IMG/VR virus record: IMGVR_UViG_3300027985_000843
Location: 1-64,000 of that record
Direction: 5' to 3' (one strand)
DNA: 64,000 nt
In this document: positions 60,618 through 64,000 of the stretch, piece after piece
Numbering within the stretch: position 1 is the stretch's first letter
Layout: each line of letters starts with the position of its first letter
Notes under the pieces: model-generated
What the model was told of the DNA's origin: nothing
What the model saw: the letters and a program-made list of their open reading frames with translations, nothing else
The model's database searches: none
Made by a program: the position numbers and the translations under genes

Positions 60618-62911
60618 GCATCATCCGCCGAAGCGACATCCTGGACTCCTCCGATGAGGTCCTCGTCGGACAATGGTACTGGGTCAATAGCGAGGACGGC
60701 CGATGGCTCGGATGCGTCATCCGTCTGGGCTCGAACTTTGTTGCATTGGAAGGTCCGGGCACTTGGAGCGTCCGGATCCTCAACGATGACTTCTGGAAGT
60801 GTTGTGAACGGGAATACGACCCCGACAAGGTCATCCACAGCGAGATCAACAAATACCGCAACCAAGTAGCCGAACTCACCGGCCAGGTGCGCGAGCTGAC
60901 AGCCCAGCTTTCCGTCGCTCCCTCCGACATGCTCCCTGAGAACGGAGGGGAGACCTGCGCCCTCGCCAAGATCGGCATGGGGCAGGACATCCACCAGTAC
61001 AAGGCAGACCTCATCAAAGCCAAAAACGAGACTCTGCCCGACCTGTTTTCGAAGATCAAGAAGGCCACTGAAGGGATGGCCCATTGGATGGAGGCCAAGC
61101 TCATCCCCCTCAAGGCGGAGACGTCCGCCATGCAGTCGAGCATCGACCACATCAAAGAGCGAATCTTCCATGTCCAGCTCTATGCCGGCCTCACCGAAGA
61201 CATCGCCCTGATTCAGGACGGAAACCCTGCACCGACCGAGACCCCGATCCACCTCATGCAGCGGCGCTGCTACATGGATGAGGAATGCCTGCTGGACTAC
61301 AAGGCGGGCGGCATGGAGTTCAAAAATATCGGCGAGTTCGATGCGTGGCTCACCAAGCCCGGCAACCTCAACCGTATCTTGCCGTTCCCTCGCACCGTCG
61401 TGTCCTTTCGCGTCCGTCGAATACGCAAAGAGCACGAGATCAACGCAATCAGCGACATCATCCGGGTAGGCGACCTCATCCAAGCCGACTGCGCAACGTT
61501 CCTGTACATCCGGAACGGCGAGCAGGTCTTTCGGATGAACACAAGCATCGACTTTGGGCCGAGGCTCTTCCCGGACCTCAACGACCGGCAGCTCAAGGGA
61601 GACAAACTGTGGGCCAAGATGTGGAGTGAGGGTAACGTCGACCGTCTGATCACGGATCGCGAGTACCAGGCCATCTACGAGAGTGACCACAAGGAATTGG
61701 CCGAATGGGAGGTCCTCCGGAAAGAAGACGCACGCAATAGGGCCCAGTGGGAGGCCGACAAGGCCGCCGGCAAAAACGTGCCCAAACGGTTCGAGGGTAA
61801 TCATCGGGCATGGTTCGCCCCACACACGTCATACCAGGACTACAAGCCCTTCAACAAGTCGCACGTCTACTACGATGACATCTGCGAGAAGGTTGCTAGC
61901 GACATCAAAGAGCACAACCGGATCGTGCTCATCCTCCAGGGGCTGCTCGACCGTTCCCCCGTCTTCCAACCCCACCCCAAGTGGGAGCTGTGGACTGCCA
62001 GCGGATTCGAGGCAGCCTTCACCCTCGTTCTAGATGACACCCGCACACTGCCTGCTGGCGAGAAGCCCGACTTCGAAGCCTACCGCCGCAAGTGCAATGC
62101 CTCCCTTAAGGACGGATCGATCACCGTAGGGCAGGAATACATGTGGGAAAAGGAAGAGGCGAGGAAGGAAAACGACAAGATGGCTGGCCGAGGTTATCGT
62201 GACCGGAGCATCGGCTACCACCGGTACCGCCCCTACGGCAACCCCGGGCCGGGCCTCGTTGCCCGCGTTGCCAAGCACACTCGGTCAGGCAAGTGCACCT
62301 ACGCTTGGATGAAGGAGAAGAGTACCAGGGAGGGCACGATTCGTTGCACCTTCACGTGCAGCCAGAAGCATGTGCTCAACGTCGAAGCCTACAAGCCGGG
62401 GGACTACCACATCTTCTTCGACGATCCCCGCACACGGCAGGAATACCTCCAGTGGGCCCCTTTGCTTCTGACCGCAGAGGACTATCACGCGGAACTCCTG
62501 AAGGTGAAGGACGTCCCCGATCCCCAACCAAAGAAGCAAAGTTCCTGGGAGGGCAAGGAACGCTACCGCTACCGGAAGCTTCACAAGGAACTCAGCGGTA
62601 AGGTGGTGCAGCTTGTAAACGACATCGAGATGAAGAACGGCCGCGTTTACAAGGCCGGAACCGTTTGGCGGGTCAGGGAGGGTGGGAGCGGGCGAGACTT
62701 CAGCCTCTCAGGCATCGATACAGACGGCGAGCATCTCGCACGTTGGATCAACGGTGCCCAGGTGTACGACTTCAAGGTCGTCGACGATCTACAGAAAGCC
62801 CTCGGAGAGATTCCGGAGTGCCAAGTAGAGGATCCCCCCGAAGGGGAGGAGACTGAGGAAAAGGTATACGATGACGATGAGGAGGACGACATTGGTCTTC
62901 ACCTGCCGTAG
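60614..62911 (+). CDS. Large hypothetical protein (765 aa)
   Basis: ATGA overlap; long ORF with typical codon usage. Confidence 0.8.
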   Translation: MSIIRRSDILDSSDEVLVGQWYWVNSEDGRWLGCVIRLGSNFVALEGPGTWSVRILNDDFWKCCEREYDPDKVIHSEINKYRNQVAELTGQVRELTAQLSVAPSDMLPENGGETCALAKIGMGQDIHQYKADLIKAKNETLPDLFSKIKKATEGMAHWMEAKLIPLKAETSAMQSSIDHIKERIFHVQLYAGLTEDIALIQDGNPAPTETPIHLMQRRCYMDEECLLDYKAGGMEFKNIGEFDAWLTKPGNLNRILPFPRTVVSFRVRRIRKEHEINAISDIIRVGDLIQADCATFLYIRNGEQVFRMNTSIDFGPRLFPDLNDRQLKGDKLWAKMWSEGNVDRLITDREYQAIYESDHKELAEWEVLRKEDARNRAQWEADKAAGKNVPKRFEGNHRAWFAPHTSYQDYKPFNKSHVYYDDICEKVASDIKEHNRIVLILQGLLDRSPVFQPHPKWELWTASGFEAAFTLVLDDTRTLPAGEKPDFEAYRRKCNASLKDGSITVGQEYMWEKEEARKENDKMAGRGYRDRSIGYHRYRPYGNPGPGLVARVAKHTRSGKCTYAWMKEKSTREGTIRCTFTCSQKHVLNVEAYKPGDYHIFFDDPRTRQEYLQWAPLLLTAEDYHAELLKVKDVPDPQPKKQSSWEGKERYRYRKLHKELSGKVVQLVNDIEMKNGRVYKAGTVWRVREGGSGRDFSLSGIDTDGEHLARWINGAQVYDFKVVDDLQKALGEIPECQVEDPPEGEETEEKVYDDDEEDDIGLHLP

Positions 62912-62976
62912 GGGCAGGGGGTAGCCGTGGCACTGAACCCACATGACCGCTAGGTCCCGCCGGTACTGTTCAAGGC

Positions 62977-63360
62977 TTACTCCTTCGGGTCTTCGTGGTG
63001 GCCTAAATCCCATGACTCGACATCATACACCGAACCGCCCTCCCGCACGCCCAGCTCTTCCTCACTGAGGTATTCGGGGTGCCACCCGGCATGCACCTCT
63101 TGGTGGCAGTTGGAGCACAGCAGCACGCACTTGCTCAGCTCGGGCTCGATGGCCTGCCACGACAGCCGAGAGCTGATTTCGAAGTCCTTCTCCCGTGGGT
63201 CCATGTGATGGAACACCATGGCTGCCGGGCACTTGTCGTAGCCGCAGATACGGCACTTGCCACCGAGGTGAGCGATGGCCCTGTCTTTGACCTCTCGACG
63301 CCGCTGGGCTGCCTCGAAGTTTCGCTGCCAGCGGGCGTCAAGTTTCTCTGCGATCGTCAC
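62977..63360 (-). CDS. HNH endonuclease
   Basis: GGKCRICGY.KC.AA..FHH.DP..KDF...ELSKCVLLCSNCH.EVH. Confidence 0.88.
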   Translation of the reverse strand: MTIAEKLDARWQRNFEAAQRRREVKDRAIAHLGGKCRICGYDKCPAAMVFHHMDPREKDFEISSRLSWQAIEPELSKCVLLCSNCHQEVHAGWHPEYLSEEELGVREGGSVYDVESWDLGHHEDPKE

Positions 63361-63362
63361 TG

Positions 63363-63761
63363 CTAGCGAGCTGCCTTGTCGATTCGCTCTTCGGCTCCCT
63401 TGCTAGGAGCTTGCGGCATTGTCGTGCGGAGACGCTCGCCTGCCCACTTGGCTAGGAGCTGGAAGTCCGTGTAACCATCGAGACCATGCTTATCAGCAGC
63501 CCGACCGAGCCAGTAGTCTGCCGGCTTCTCCCGGTCGTCGCCCATCATCTTGATAGCTTCCGATCGAATCTTCTGGAACAGCTGCTTGTACTTCGCCTTG
63601 GGAAGTTGACCCCCGGCACCTGCAACCCGATCGGCGATGTCCCGCAGCTTACCTGCTAGGACGTCGCGGTCGGGCTTGCCGCCGGGGCCGTGGCCCTGGA
63701 TGAAGGCCATCAGGGAGCGGAGTTCCGCTTGCAGCTCCTGGGGAGACGCGATCTTCTGCAT
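63363..63761 (-). CDS. Putative late protein with MQKIAS leader
   Basis: TCTTCCTATG-N13-ATG; N-terminus similar to 55600-56208. Confidence 0.7.
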   Translation of the reverse strand: MQKIASPQELQAELRSLMAFIQGHGPGGKPDRDVLAGKLRDIADRVAGAGGQLPKAKYKQLFQKIRSEAIKMMGDDREKPADYWLGRAADKHGLDGYTDFQLLAKWAGERLRTTMPQAPSKGAEERIDKAAR

Positions 63762-63774
63762 AGCCATGGTACGG

Positions 63775-63795
63775 CATAGGAAGATCCTCGGTGTA
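63775..63795. promoter_or_regulatory. Divergent class III (-) and class II (+) promoters
   Basis: CATAGGAAGA-tcct-CGGTGTA-N10-ATG(63806). Confidence 0.8.
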
Positions 63796-63805
63796 TGATC
63801 TCCCC

Positions 63806-64000
63806 ATGGACCCAAACGAATGCCTTGCTCAGTTGCGGGAACTGGCCGCTAAGACGGTCGGCGAGCAACACCCCAACCTGGACGCTGAGGCCGCGTCAGC
63901 TTACCGCATGGCCGAACTGTTCGAAGGGCTCGACCAGTGGATCAAGCGGGGCGGTTTCCTCCCCGACGATTGGAAGCAGAAGCCCGACCAAGACGTGTCC
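63806..64000 (+). CDS. Small phage hypothetical protein (runs off window)
   Basis: MDPNECL...AELFEGLDQWIKRGGFLPDDW. Confidence 0.7.
   Translation, partial: MDPNECLAQLRELAAKTVGEQHPNLDAEAASAYRMAELFEGLDQWIKRGGFLPDDWKQKPDQDVS

Noticed and set aside
1-64000. Genome-wide stop-codon reassignment suggested by the suppressor tRNA
   Set aside because: Conserved genes are intact in the standard code, and TAA, TAG and TGA all occur at plausible gene ends.

Overview
GC-rich (roughly 60% by eye), densely coded window of mostly small hypothetical genes on both strands. It has no rRNA or CRISPR array and no recognisable capsid, terminase or polymerase gene. It reads as an accessory region of a large (jumbo-type) lytic bacteriophage; a myxobacterial host is suggested but not shown. 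Recognisable genes are: PTH2-like peptidyl-tRNA hydrolase, a tRNA with an apparent UUA (ochre-suppressor) anticodon, DUF262, a Panacea/DUF4065 antitoxin-like protein, ATP-grasp, S24/S26 peptidase, pyrE, three ParB/Srx-like proteins, an M15 endolysin, a 2H phosphoesterase, an ABC ATPase, a GT51 peptidoglycan transglycosylase, two lysozyme-fold proteins, a GHKL ATPase, an AAA_28 kinase, a Rho-N protein, DUF932, RNase HII, Dam methylase and several HNH/Vsr-type endonucleases. The main unannotated structure is regulatory and post-translational. (1) Three fixed-spacing motifs precede start codons: class I CCGAAC-N16-CGTAGTA-N5-ATG (12 copies), class II YGGTGTA-N9..12-ATG (about 30 copies, six back-to-back pairs) and class III TCTWCYTRTG-N13-ATG (about 10 copies). 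They are inferred to be an early/middle/late cascade making leaderless or short-leader mRNAs. (2) About 12 unrelated proteins, mostly in class II units, share a C-terminal peptide [TS]-[AWC]-[WFT]-x-R-L-x-x-D-D-hydrophobic. (3) Class III proteins share a different peptide, [RK]V-x-x-[RIL]-[YF]L, or an MxK[IV]AS leader. This suggests two peptide 'address codes' matched to transcription class. All family calls come from motif recognition by eye, with no database search.
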